Source: Anthoceros angustus (taxonomy: Eukaryota > Plantae > Anthocerotophyta). Taken from it: 64,000 bases of DNA. The DNA is taken from assembly GCA_010909165.1 (NCBI GenBank), contig VJWM01000117.1:806001-870000 (forward strand), read 5' to 3'. The notes below the pieces were generated by a model, which saw nothing but the letters and a program-made list of their open reading frames with translations, did not search any database and had not been told where the DNA came from. Shown here piece by piece: positions 25,270-38,852 of this stretch. Numbering within the stretch: position 1 is the first letter of the stretch; the number at the start of each line of letters is the position of its first letter. Position numbers and translations under genes: made by a program.

Positions 25270-25648
25270 TTGGCATACGGACATATGGGGCAATGGCTAC
25301 GGACTTCGATCAATTTCTCAAGTCCTGCCAAATCCTACCATGCCCGCAGGCACGGCACGGGGTTGTCTCTTTCTTATTTCACAGCTTACTTCAGATAGCG
25401 AGTCTCCATTGCCCTTCAAAGGGCCCTCTCGACGGCCATCCTTCACAAGGTGGCGATGGTAAGTGACGCTTCTTCCTCTTCCTCCATCATTTGCAGACCA
25501 TTTGTTCTTCCTGCATATGATGTTCTAGGAGTAGTAGGTAACTTTAGGTAAGGAGCTTAGTCGCCCTTTTTCACCTTGACCCCCGAGGTCCACCTTCATT
25601 GTCCCGTGCTGGATAGATTTTTCCCCATCGTTTTTTCCTCAATAAAAC
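25270..25648 (+). mobile_element. Second 5'-truncated RLE/CRE-like 3' end
   Basis: TYGAMATDFDQFLKSC.KSYHARRHG..YFR*RVSIALQRALSTAILHKVAMVSDASSSSSIICRPF, followed by a T-run and AATAAA; homologous to 21690-22190 and 12118-12315. Confidence 0.65.
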
Positions 25649-26994
25649 ACAATCTTATGATATATGATAATGAACGGATTCAGGTAGAGATATCGCAAAG
25701 TCTTGGTCCTAATGCTTGTATGTCATCCATGAAGAAGAGTGAGATTATTTCCCTCGGTAGCATCTTCAGGCACGCGGGAATGCTGCAAAGCGAAAATCAC
25801 ATTCCGTGTTTAGTTCTTCAAACCAATAAATATTGAAAGTATTTATATTTTTTATATTGATCGGCCCTCTAGGATGCCGGCATCCCCGAGGACCACCACC
25901 GTGGTGATTCTTCTCCTTCCAGTATCGTGGTGGTCCTCGCGTAGTATGTAGGTAGTAGCCACTACAGTACCTTTACTTAATAGAAATAAAAATACTTGGA
26001 GTAAAAATACACAGACCACTATGACATTCCTTTACTTGAAAAATTAAATCTTGCCCTTATGAATTTACTCGACGGAGTCCGGCGCGCCCATAAAGGCAAC
26101 ACAGTGAGAAAACAGCGCTGGAGAAAACAGGGCATCCGTGGGAAGACACTTGGAGGGCATGCAATCAGCCAGAAGCTCTGGCTGTGTCGCATGATGCTCG
26201 AGTCTTTGCAGCCATCCAGGCTAGGGCACGATGCCGTGTAAGTGCTAGATTCCTGCCGGATGAACGCGAATTCTGGCTAAGTGAGTGAGATTGCAGCTCT
26301 TGAGGTGAGTTGAGAGTAATCGATGAAACACAACCAGTTTTGTTGAAGGCCGTGAAACTGGCCTAAAATCTTATGTATGTAGGCAGCGTTTCAATGTCTT
26401 CTGCTCTTAAGCATGATTTCTGGGTGCTAATGACACAAAATCAGTCCTTCCAACTTGTATCCCGAAATGTTCAATTCCAGCATTGTGTAGAAGCATCGGG
26501 AGCGGGCGGCGCACATGGTGGCCAGTTCTCATGGAGCAATCAGGACATTTCCTGGAAGCTTTGGGTTTGAACTGTTTCTTATCATAAGTTCGATGCATGT
26601 ATGTTGTTTCAGTCTTGGGTGGCATGAATTCACAGAGTCATCATAAGAGCTGCGAGGTAGCCAACGTGTCTGATCGGCCGCTTGAGAGGCATGTGCTTGG
26701 TGACGATTGCAGGCCATTGATTCCTGCTGTAGTGGCCGGCCCTTGATCCTTGATGATATCTGTGACAGAGAGTGGAGGTGGCTGTGATCCAAATCCTTCT
26801 AAACTAGTTGATGCTTGAAAACTTGCGGCAAAGTGCGAGTTGGGTGTAACGATCTAATCAGTGCACTTCACAGTCTGCTTTCAAATGAAGTTCTCAGGTC
26901 ATCCGAACAGAAAGATGTGCGGCGGTGCATTGCGGCGAGGGGCGCTTCGCCTAAAATCCGTGAAGAAACACGGAAGGTGATGTGGTCTTTGGCG

Positions 26995-27475
26995 GCACTG
27001 GTGGTCATGTACTCCAAATGTGGGAGCCTGGATGATGGTCGGAGAGTTTTCATATGTCTGCTGGTGGTGCAAAGTCACCAGGGGGCTGGTGATTCACAGT
27101 CAGCAGTATTTCCGACTGATGGTGGAAGACCATGGCATCACTCCTGCTGCCTGTGCCGGCCGTGGACAGCATTGGGAGCCTGCGAAACCTCACGGGCGCC
27201 TGCAAGAAGCCTTCTAGACTTCGAATACGCGCTCAGGCCTGTGCTTGAGCAGGGGAAGCAAGCTGCCTCACGTGGGTATGCTGAAAAGCTTGCTTTCGCA
27301 TTTGGGCTGCTGGCACATCTTAGCTTGTTACTAAAAGAATCATGGGACGTACGATGACTGTCACAGTGGGACCAATATCGTGTCTCGGGTTGAGAAACGT
27401 GAGATCATAGTGCGAGATGCACACCGTGTTCATCCCCTTGTAAAAGGACGCTGTTCCTGTGGCGATGGCCACTAG
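26995..27475 (+). pseudogene. Heavily deleted DYW:KP PPR paralogue (copy B)
   Basis: Patches match 20310-21302 (ATGTACTCCAAATGTGGGAGCCTGGA, GATGGTGGAAGACCATGGCATCACTCCTGCTGCCTGT, CTGTTCCTGTGGCGATGGCCACTAG); the 3' flank to ~27580 is also shared. Confidence 0.85.
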
Positions 27476-27990
27476 GCTGGTCTTGTTCCATGGAACAATG
27501 TGAGCATGCAGCTCACATCGCTCTTGTTCTTGCTGCTGCAAATCTTGCACCTTGGACAAGCTCAGGAGGAGTTGTCGCAAGTCGACTGATTTCAGATGTA
27601 CACATCATCTACTTCATGCCAGGAATTTGAATCACGTCAAGGCTCTCTGGTCCATCTAACCTAAGCATGCCACATTCACCCACTCTTCTTCACATGTGAG
27701 ATGAGTCCTGGGTGCCAAAAATGCCGAAACGAAAGCAGCCTACATATACATACATAGGTATACGACCATCTAATCTTGGATCAGGAAAAGAGGCGCGGGG
27801 ACTGTCTGGTGGGAGCGGCGTCTCGAGTATCTTGGAGAAGAAGAAGAAGAAGAAGAGAGCAATCAGAGACTGGCATTGCGCATTGGAGGCAAAGGCAGGC
27901 AGGCTCCAGGAAGCGGATTGAGAGGAGGCGATCCGGATTTTTCAAAGATGGCATCTCGCACGCGCCAGAAGTAACACTGCCTCGCTCGCC

Positions 27991-29332
27991 ATGCCCAAAT
28001 TCGAAGTGCAGGCATTGCAAGTCCGACCCTCGGATCAAGCCTTGGTAAGGCACAAGCCGCCGATTGGGGCGAAGTTTTGGGCAAGGAGGAAGGCGCCGCC
28101 CACCGGGTCGAGAGCTCGTGGAAACGCCGAGGCGAGGTGGAGATGGAACGGGTGGCGTCCGTCGACCCATGACGGGCAGGTCAGGGCGCTCCATCTCCCT
28201 GACGATGAGGTTGGAGGCGCCTCCTACACGAGCGGGGGGACGACGCAACGGGATTCCGTTGTACATGAAGGGATGTTCGTGCATCCGGCCTCGGCGAGAG
28301 CGAGCAATGGTTGGAAAATCAGCAAGCTGAAGTGTCCGGTCCACCGAGCCATGGCAAGGATACTCGTTGGGCTTCTTGCACGCAAAAAGGACAATTATCT
28401 TTCTACCTGCTTGGCAGGGTTTTTAGGGAAGATTGTGAAGGGAGAGATGATTGATTGGGGGACTACAATGTGGGATATGGTAAGTGAACGTAAGAATTTG
28501 GAAAAGAGTTATCAAGAAGGCGTCTCATATGTCGGCCTTCCTTGTACATCTATACTACGGAAATGAAGTTTTGAAGCCGGAGGAAGAGGAGGATGCACTT
28601 TTTGAAGTAAGAATGATGGAAGAGGAGACCGACGAGGATGCCTCATATTACTATGAGGAGCATGAGCAAAGAGAAGGAGAGGGAGAAGACTGCTACACGA
28701 AAGTGGGTTCCGAGGCCCCTACAATGGTGTCCCCTAAACTAGAAGAGCTTGACAATGTGCCCTCGAAGGATGAGGTCATGAGAGCTGTTATGTTGATGGA
28801 TCATTGGAACGATCCTTCTACACAGCGTATCCTGCTGACTATTCCCAGGCTTCTACGAACCCTGGAGCAAGATGAGTTGGAGTTGGACAGGCTGAAGAAA
28901 AAGTCTCACTCCTGGACATGTGCCTTAGCTGCGCGAAATGTAGAAGCGGAGCAAGGTCGTTTGCAGGAAATGAAGGAGCTGAGAGAACAAGTGAAGAAAC
29001 TTCAATGTTGTATGATGAATTTGAAGACCAAGTTATCTCTCCAAATGAAGCAGAATGAAGAATTGAGTTCCAGATTGCATGAAGAAGCAACACAATCCTT
29101 GATATTTCTGGTGGAGAGGGATGAAGCAAAAGCTCAAAACCCAATGGGGCCTGAGTGGAAGACGTTCTCCAAGAAGCTAATCCCTCAAATTGTGTTGATG
29201 AAGGACACACTAAAAGATTTACACGGGAAGCATATTCAAGAAATGAGGGAATGCTTTGCTATGATTGTGGAGGGTCACTCTTCGCGTGATGCTGAAGCTA
29301 AGAACATGAACCTGGGTGCCAATCGCGGATGA
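27991..29332 (+). other. Frameshifted ORF of unknown, probably transposon-associated protein, interrupted by the gypsy element; possible continuation at 40096-40324
   Basis: Overlapping ORFs 27991-28566 and 28484-29332 (NGWKISKLKC..IDWG..SAFLVHLY, acidic tract, coiled coil) end at the left LTR; an acidic open frame resumes right after the right LTR. Confidence 0.4.
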
Positions 29333-29342
29333 GTCAAAATCT

Positions 29343-30561
29343 TGTCGCGCGACTTTTCGATGGCCGGCCGGCCGCAAATCCGTGTCGTTGTAGGAAGAGT
29401 CCGTTCCCAAGGGAATGATAGGCTCCGTTTACCGCGTTTGAGTGATTCCTACCGTCCTTAGCGCTCGTTCGACCTCAACACACACATACTCCTAACTACT
29501 CACAAGCGTTCACCGTCTGAGGCCCGGTATGGCCAAGCGTTTAAGGACTCGTTCAGCGTCGTATCGTTCCACGTCCTCACGATCGATCCTTTTCCTCCTC
29601 ACGCTACACTCCTCGGTCTTAGAAAAGACGCCGGGTTACCTGACTCCGGATCCCTCAAAATCGTTCACGGAGCCTCTCCGTCCGGGCTCTGCGCCCTCCG
29701 GAGTTCCTCGGCTCAGCGTTCAGTCCGCGGTGCGGGGCACGGCGGCTCGGGCGAACACGTCACCGATCACCCTTCCACGCACACACCACAACGCTAGTCC
29801 GCCACGGGACCTTGATCAATCTCCCGGGTAGCCGTTGCACCCGGTGACTCGGGACTCACGTTAGCAAGAAGACTCACAAAGGTCTGCAAGAACGCGGCAT
29901 CAACACCAAGAGAAAGATGATTTACTAAGACCTCGGCCCTCTTATCTGCGCCCAAGGCGGCGTCTTTATTACACCCCAATTACGGTGATAGCCGGTATAC
30001 CTAATCGACCGCCTACCATCCTATTTCCTCCCCTATCTCCATCTAGGTGGGAAGGTCCCGGCCCGCCTCGGATGGGTGGTCCAATCCCGTCGGCGGTTGT
30101 GGCGCGCAATCGGATGATCCGTGAGGCGGGCCCTCCTCTCCGGAATCCTGTCGGGGTTGGGCTGGCGGTGCGACCGCGGTTACCACGGCGTCATCCTCCT
30201 GCCTCCCCCACAGGTCCTTGTGGGGTGGGGCCACTATCTCACTCCCCTAAGCGTAAGTCGAAGGGGCTCCTCCTTCTTGCCCAGTCCAGGCCTCGAGGTC
30301 ACTGTCGACTCCCGAACTTGTCCCTCTGAGTAGGTGCTAGGTCGGACCTTGCTCTCGGGTCCGGACTGTGTTCCGGACTTATCCGGACTCTCCGGTAGTC
30401 CAGGAGCTTGCCATAGTGGTCAGGGTCCGTTGTTCACTCGGGGTATACTCCGAGCCTCGTCGGCGCTACCCCAATTTATTCCTCCTTTTAGCCTTATTTA
30501 TCCTTCAATCCTAAAAAGCGAAACCCTACTTATTTCTTAACTCCCGAGTGCATAGCCCACA
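29343..30561 (-). repeat. 3' LTR (TG...CA)
   Basis: TGTCGCGCGACTTTTC ... GTGCATAGCCCACA; colinear with 38853-40095. Confidence 0.85.
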
Positions 30562-33500
30562 TACTCCCTTCTCATCATTGGCGTCTCGCCAACACTAAGC
30601 ATGATACTTCTTCACCCGTTCACGTGGGCAGCGACTCTCCATCTAGGCATCGTGGGACGGACCCGTTGTCATATACTTGCACCACTTAGTGCGGACCCAT
30701 CCATCTCGGTGAAGTTTGCACGGAAAATGCATGTAACGACTATCATAAAGGAGGCGGGTCCCCTTTACATACTCACGATTCGCGATCGTGCCAAATCTTT
30801 TGGTTTTGCACTGCATCTTGGTGAGCTTCTTCCTCCTCTGTGTCTTGAACAAACCCCAAGAGTCGCTCGATGGCTTTCCTCTTGTCGGTCTCCTTCCATC
30901 ATTACTCGAAAAGTGGGCACTTCAAACTCTCGGCATTACGGAGAGTGTCGTAGGTCAAGTAAGGGGTCCGTTGTGTGGTCACCTTCTCTGCTGTCGGGCA
31001 TACAGTGCGGATGGCGACTTGGTATCGATCATGGGCGTAGTTCATGTGAGTTTATTCGAGATCCTGCGGATGAGCCCATTTGTCTTCTCTGTCGACCCAT
31101 TGGCCTTAGGATTGTAGGGTGCCGTCTTGCGATGATTGATGCGAAATACTCCGTCATGGCGGCCACCACATCATTAAGGAAATGGGTTCCCCTATCACTT
31201 ACCAAGCTACGGCGGACATCCGTGCGGGTTATGATGTTCTCGTGAATTTAGTATTTTGCGAGTCCGTTCTTGTCGCCACCGCCTCTACCCACAGTGCGAT
31301 GGTCCGTTGCCACGGGATGTATCTCCTTTGTGTGTGTCTTGTCGTGGGGTATAGGTCCAACAAAGTCAATACCCCACTTTTGAAGGTGCGGTGCCAATAT
31401 CGGTACTAGCGGCCTTTGTCGTCGGGGTTGGCTTTCCGATCCGACAAGCATCACACTTCTTCTAAGCGGTGGGTGTCCCCATACATTGTTGGCCACCGGT
31501 ATCCGCTTCAAAATCTTTTGGTGGTGACTGTCTTTGCGTAGTGTCCTCCCCAATCCTTCGTGCATTGAGCTCCTGTCTCTGCGGTTGCAAGTACCTTCGT
31601 TCTACTCCGTCCGGCCCTAATTTGAACACACACCGTTGTACATTACGAAGGGTCGAGCATAGTGCACGAATGCCTCCCTCATCACAGTGATTTTGAGCTC
31701 CATTCCCAGTACGCTCCATTTCTTCGTGGGTCGGACGGCGCGGACCCTCCCTTCTCAACACTAAGGCTGCGATTCTCGTAGCTTGGGGTTGGGTCGGTGG
31801 GCTCCTCCGGTTGTACTTTTCTGCGGCAACCAATGTCTCATCCAGGAGCGCATCTTCACGATCTCTCAACACCGCCTGTTTTCAATCGTGGAAATCGCAT
31901 TTTGGTCTTGCCTCCCTTGTCTTGTTTCCACTTGACGTGAACTCCTGCGGCAACAATATCCACCTTGCTATCCGTCCGGACGGTCCGTCTTATTCACCGG
32001 ATGCTTGGTAAAGTGGTCTACATAGAACACAAACTCAGGTAGCGGTAGTGTCGAATTTCTTGGCATATACCATACCCGGTGCTTGGCTCTGTAGTTGTGT
32101 ATTTTCGTTCGCGTGGGTGGTACGTCCGGTAGTATACGGATAATCCCTTGTCGTCCTTGGCTCGGCACTACTCCGATAGCAAAAGCGGACACGTCTACAT
32201 ACACATGAAATTTCTTGCTCGAGTCCGGTCCTCTTAGAACCGGTGCGCTTACCAAGGTGTTACATAAATCCGAAGGCCTCCTCTCGCTCCACGGACCGGT
32301 CCAAACCTCCTCCTTCCGGATTACATCAACTTAGCGCCCTCTTATAAAGTCCTTAATAAACCGTGGTAGTATCCCACCATTCGAAACCTCTCGGCTCCTT
32401 TAGGTTCGTCGGTGGTGGAGGCGGATGACCGGACCTTGTCTGGTCCACCTCGATTCCAGCAGCACCGATGTCGACAAGATTCCTCCGTCATTCCAAAGTA
32501 GCATTTCTCGGGTGTAGGCTCAATTGAGTCTCCGGCGCTCAAGCACCTTCTTAGATGTCCAAGGTGTTTGTCCTCCCCATGCACACAAAATCATCCGGGA
32601 ATATCTCCATGAAGTCCCTCGAGTCACGGAAGGCGTTGGTCACCATCGCATGAGCGACCACAGCGCTCGGTCATCCCAAAGGCACTTCTCTTGTAGGCAA
32701 GCGTACCCCACTCGTAGTGAAGGTCGTCTTGTCGGTCAAACTCCCTTAGGTGCAATTGGTTATATCCAGGTAGCCATCCGGAAGGAGTAAGTAGTCCGTC
32801 CACCTCGATTCCCCGCCGACACCCGATGTCCCAAGATTCCCTCCGTCATTCCAAAGTAGCATTTCTCGGTGTAGGCTCAATTGAGTCTCCCAGCGCCCAA
32901 GCACCTTCTTAGATGCCCAAGGTGTTTGTCCCGCCTCCCCATGCACACAAAATCATCCAGAATATCTCCATGAAGTCCTCGAAGTCACTAAGACGTTGGT
33001 CACCATACGCATGAACGACCTCGGCCCCGGCCATCCCAAAGGCACTTCTCTTGTAGGCAAACGCACACTCAGAGTGAAGGTCGCCTTGTCCCAAATCAAT
33101 TTAGGTGCAATTGGTTGTATCCGAGTAGCCATCCAGAAGGAGTAGTCCGTCCGCCCACCTTGTCCAAAATGTCGTCTGAATGGCATCGGAAGTGGTCCTT
33201 CTCGTTCTTGAGCTTCCTCAATCTTGGCATACCGAATTTGTCTGGTGTTTCTTGGGAACCACCACAATCGGCGCGACCCACTCATTTGACGATGGGGAAA
33301 ATGATGTCTGCCTCCGGTACTTATCAAGGACCTCCTTCACCTTGATCGAATACTTGGGGTTGAGCTTGTATTGTCGGATTGATTTGGCACGCTCCGGCTT
33401 CAAATCGATCTTATGCTCTCCCACTTCTTGAATGCCCTTCATGTCCGTGACCTTGAAGGCGAACACCTCATAAAACTCCCCAGCGGTAGTCCTTCCTTGG

Positions 33501-33946
33501 TCCGGAGGCATGCCTTTCTTAAACTTGAGAATTTGCTGGCGGACCTCCACTTCTTCCACGTCGTCCGGGTTCACCGTCTCCGTTCCGTCTTTGCCTCGCT
33601 GCGTCAAACCCCTCGTCCTCCTCTCGGGATCGTCCTCTCGCATCCCCATTCTGAAGAGCTCGTCGGAGGTGAATCGTGTTACTCCTTGATGTCCGCTTTT
33701 CCTTGGTCCGACTCTTGTTGTCTCCCCTTGTCTTTGGTCCGACCTCCTCTTCACTTCCTTCCTCCGGCCCGTTGTGGCGTTTACTCGAAAACAATCAACC
33801 ACTTCCGCCAAAGGCATCCATGATAGTCCATCTCCTCCTCGGACCGGCGGATCTTGGCGAAAAGTCGCCTCCTCGGAACTATCTTGTTCGTCGCTGGAGT
33901 CCTCCGAGGTATACCCGCCGGTAGTGCTCACGGTTTCCCACAATAG

Positions 33947-36900
33947 GTGTCCTTGCTCCGGTGATAGCAACCCTCCCTTCTCGCACCTTAGGGTCCCAGT
34001 CCGGCTTGAAGTGAATCTCCTTCCTTCCAAAGTGTAGCTTTATGCAGGCCAACCCGACCATGGCAGCAACACCTCATACCCTAATGGTCCGGCGGTTTGA
34101 TCACAACAAAATCCGGTTTGTAGGGTGCGGCTATGGTGGCCAAGACTCGGTTAACTCCCGCGGATCTCTTCTTGACATATACGCCATTCTCGAGTCTTCG
34201 TTGAGGTTGAAGGATGTGAAGCCCAATTTTTGGTCGGTGATGAGGTTGACTCGGACCCGTGTCCAGCAGTACATCCTTGATGATACATCCAATCTCCACT
34301 TGTACCACTGGCCACAGGTCGTATGGGACACCACCCTCACTTCCATGCTACCCTTCACGGCTTTGGTGCTCCGGTGGGTTTCCCTAACGGCCCCGGCGGA
34401 CCTCTTGTCGGTATTTGGGTTATCCCTCGGTGTCGAAAGGACACAGGTCTGCTGATTCATCATCGGTCGCCACATTAAAGGCGAGGCTTCTACCCCAATC
34501 GAGGATCCTGCTGCTGCGTCCTCATCCTCTCCCGGTCACTTGTTACGGTATTCTCCGGATGCTTGCGCATTTCCTCCTGCAACATCTCGGTCACCTCCGG
34601 ACTACGTCCGGTGGAAGCTAACGTCGCCGTCGCGGGAGGCCGTTCCTTCTCCACATCTGCCGGAGAACTTCCTTGGGTAATCCCTCGGCTGTCTGCCTCC
34701 TTCATCGGTCGGATCCTCTGCTGGTATTTGGTTTGATTGCCTTCCTCGGCGTCGTGGCCTTCCTCGATCTTGTTCTTCTTCAATGGCGCCTTTCTCGTCG
34801 CTCCTTCCTTGACTCTGAGTAGACACCTCAAGATTTCCACGACTCCTTCCTTCGACACCCCACCGTACCTTCTTGTTCTTTTCCATCTCGCGTACCTCAG
34901 GAATCTCTTCCCTCCATGGAGCATCTTGACTTGCCGTGCAGTGCAGTCTTAGGAGGTGGCGTTGGTGGTCGGGGTTCTCCGCTTGGTGTGGCATATCGTG
35001 TCCTTGCTCCGGTGATAGCAACCCTCCCTTCTCGCACCTTAGGGTCCCGTCCACCGGCTTGAAGTGAATCTCCTTCCTTCCAAAGTGTAGCTTTATGCAG
35101 GCCAACCCATGGCCGCCACACCTCATACCCTAATGGTCCGGCGGTTTGATCACAACAAAATCCGGTTTGTAGGGTGCGGCTATGGTGGCCAAGACTCGGT
35201 TAACTCCCGCGGATCTCTTCTTGACATATACGCCATTCTCGAGTCTTCGTTGAGGTTGAAGGATGTGAAGCCCAATTTTTGGTCGGTGATGAGGTTGACT
35301 CGGACCCGTGTCCAGCAGTACATCCTTGATGATACATCCAATCTCCACTTGTACCACTGGCCACAGGTCGTATGGGACACCACCCTCACTTCCATGCTAC
35401 CCTTCACGGCTTTGGTGCTCCGGTGGGTTTCCCTAACGGCCCGGCGGACCTCTTGTCGGTATTTGGGTTATCCCTCGGTGTCGAAAGGACACAGGTCTGC
35501 GATTCATCATCGGTCGCCACATTAAAGGCGAGGCTTCTACCCCAATCGAGGATCCTGCTGCTGCGTCCTCATCCTCTCCCGGTCACTTGTTACGGTATTC
35601 TCCGGATGCTTGCGCATTTCCTCCTGCAACATCTCGGTCACCTCCGGACTACGTCCGGTGGAAGCTAACGTCGCCGTCGCGGGAGGCCGTTCCTTCTCCA
35701 CATCTGCCGGAGAACTTCCTTGGGTAATCCCTCGGCTGTCTGCCTCCTTCATCGGTCGGATCCTCTGCTGGTATTTGGTTTGATTGCCTTCCTCGGCGTC
35801 GTGGCCTTCCTCGATCTTGTTCTTCTTCAATGGCGCCTTTCTCGTCGCTCCTTCCTTGACTCTGAGTAGACACCTCAAGATTTCCACGACTCCTTCCTTC
35901 GACACCCCACCTTCTTGTTCTTTTCCATCTCGCGTACCTCAGGAATCTCTTCCCTCCATGGAGCATCTTGACTTGCCGTGCAGTGCAGTCTTAGGAGGTG
36001 GCGTTGGTGGTCGGGGTTCTCCGCTTGGTGTGGCATATCGTGTCCTTGCTCCGGTGATAGCAACCTCCTTCTCGCACCTTAGGGTCCCGGTCCACCGGCT
36101 TGAATCTCCTTCCTTCCAAAGTGTAGCTTTATGCAGGCCAACCCGACCATGGCCGCAACACCTCATACCCTAATGGTCCGGCGGTTTGATCACAACAAAA
36201 TCCGGTTTGTAGGGTGCGGCTATGGTGGCCAAGACTCGGTTAACTCCCGCGGATCTCTTCTTGACATATACGCCATTCTCGAGTCTTCGTTGAGGTTGAA
36301 GGATGTGAAGCCCAATTTTCGTGCGTGGCTTGTGATGAGGTTGACTCGGACCCGTGTCCAGCAGTACATCCTTGATGATACATCCAATCTCCACTTGTAC
36401 CTGGCGCCCACAGGTCGTATGGGACACCACCCTCACTTCCTGTGCTACCCTTCACGGCTTTGGTGCTCGCTGGGTTTCCCTAACCCAGCGGACCTCTTGC
36501 GGTATTTGGGTTATCCCTCGGTATCGAAAGGACACAAGGTCTGCGATTCATCATCGGTCGCCACATTAAAGGCGAGGCTTCTACCCCAATCGAGGATCCT
36601 GCTGCTGCGTCCTCATCCTCTCCCGGTCACTTGGTATTCTCCGGATGCTTGCGCATTTCCTCCTGCAACATCTCGGTCACCTCGGACTACGTCCGGTGGA
36701 AACTGCGTCGCCGTCGCGGGAGGCACCGTTCCTTCTCCATCTGCAGGAGAACTTCCTTGGGTAATCCCTCGGCGAGCTGCCCGCCCTCCTTCATCGGTCG
36801 GATCCTCTGCTGGTATTTGGTTTGATTGCCTTCCTCGGCGTCGTGGCCTTCCTCGATCTTGTTCTTCTTCAATGGCGCCTTTCTCGTCGCTCCTTCCTTG

Positions 36901-37075
36901 ACTCAGTAGACACCTCAAGATTTCCCGACTCCCTTCCTTTCGACACCCCACCTTCTTGTTCTTTTCCATCTCGCGTACCTCAGGAATCTCTTCCCTCCAT
37001 GGAGCATCTTGCCGTCTGTGCAGTCTTAGGAGGTGGCGTTGGTGGTCGGGGTTCTCCGCTTGGTGTGGCATATCG
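33947..37075. repeat. Tandem triplication (~1.04-kb unit) of the gag-end/protease region
   Basis: Unit start TGTCCTTGCTCCGGTGATAGCAACC at ~33948, ~34999 and ~36041; near-identical ORFs recur in the track. Confidence 0.9.
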
Positions 37076-38852
37076 TCTGCGTCCTTGTGCGGGGTTGGGA
37101 CATAGCGTCTCTTGCATATGCCCGGCCTTGCGATCGCCACCACGGCTCGAAGTCCCCATTACCACCTCGTTGAGTGCGGACAGCGTTGGAGTAATGGCGA
37201 GATTCCGCGGTTCCAGCGGACCACGGCCGTCGGAGGATACGAAGGGCTCCCATGCGGTCTTTGCATCGGTGGGGCTCGTTGTATTGACGGACCTCCGGTT
37301 GGCGGATACATGGTTTTGGGATATCGCGGCCCGGAGGGCTTCACATGCACGATAGGCCTCTTCCCATTGCTCCTCGGCCTCCTCCTCGTATTCGTAGTCC
37401 ACTTGATGCCGGCCTTGAGGCGGTTGGACTTCGAATGGCCGTGTTCTTGGCACGGCACACGATCGTTCGCACCGTGGTCGGTGTTTTCCGCGCTCTCGGT
37501 CCTTAACACAGTTTATCGCGGGTCCTCTACTCTCTTTATCACTTTTCCGGTCCTCCGCGGACTGCTACCTCCTTTGAGGGAGTCGGGTCCGGAGCTTCTC
37601 GGACGGTCTTGGTGTCACCACCTCCTTCTTACCACTTCTTTTTAGCGGGGCCTTCTTGCTCTTCTTCTTGCGGGGATACTCTTCCTCGCTAGAGACCTCC
37701 GTCTCTTCTTGGACGGCTGCTCCTCCTCAAGACACCTCGATTGGTCTTCCTCCTCCTCGAAGACTCTTCCTCCTCGAGTCGAACCCGTTTCTTCTTCTTC
37801 TTCTTGCCTCCTTGAGCGGATTTCTTTATCCTCGATGTAGCGATTCCTCGTAGTTTTCGGCGCTCGACCGCCTTGCCCACGTCCTTCTCGGCGGCGGGGC
37901 GTGCACAGCCATGGGTTTGGCTAGGCCGCGAACCACCGCCACGCTTGCATCGTGGTATGGGTTGGATCGATCCTCGGGCATAGAACCGCTCGATGTCTGA
38001 GCCCGGCTTCTCCTTCTTCCTCGCTTGATTTTCCAACTTTGATAATACATACCCCTCACGGTCGATCCTCGAAACCGTTCTAAGAAGGCATTTTCAAAGC
38101 TTCAAGCGAGGCGGGTGGGGCATTCTCCGTGGTCGGTACTTTCTCCGATACCATTGAGCGTTGTCCTCGGAGAACCCCTTGGAAAATTTGGATGAGTGGC
38201 GTCGACTCCCTCTCCGTTGAAGTTGGCTTTGGACATGAAGTCCTCCACAAAGGTCTCGCATCCGCTCCTTCTTCCCTCGATTTTCCAACTTTGATAATAC
38301 ATACCCCTCACGGTGATCCTCTCGAAACCGTTCTAAGAAGGCATTTTCAAAGCTTCAAGCGAGGCGGGTGGGGCATTCTCCGGTGGTCGGTACTTTCTCC
38401 GATACCATTGGTATGTCCTCGGAGAACCCCTTGGAAAAGCTGGATGAAATGGCGTCGACTCCCTCTCCGTTGAAGTTGGCTTTGGAGTCCTCCACAAAGG
38501 TCTCGCATCCGCTCCTTCTTCCCTCCGAATATGGAGTCGCTTGTTTGGTCGAGGTAGGGGCCATGGCTGCCATCGATGGGTTAGGCGTGGGTCCTACCTT
38601 CTTCCGTTGGCGTCCCTTGTACCCGTACTCGTCTTGGTCCGACAATTCGACCACGTTCTCCCTCCTCGATCGGTGCTCTCTCGTTGGGTTTGGCGTCTCT
38701 CTCTCACGGCTCGGAGAGCACGCGAGTGACCACGTCCGATCCTCCCGGCGGTTCACTCTTGGCCGTCGCTCGGCCTCACGCATTCACTTACCTTCTCTTC
38801 CTAAGGGGCGCACTGCGGCACCAGACCGATTTCATTCCCGGCAGCGCCAAAA

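Noticed and set aside
25872-25939. Palindrome and 11-bp inverted repeat as Helitron end or terminator
   Set aside because: No CTRR terminus at the expected spacing and no defined other end.
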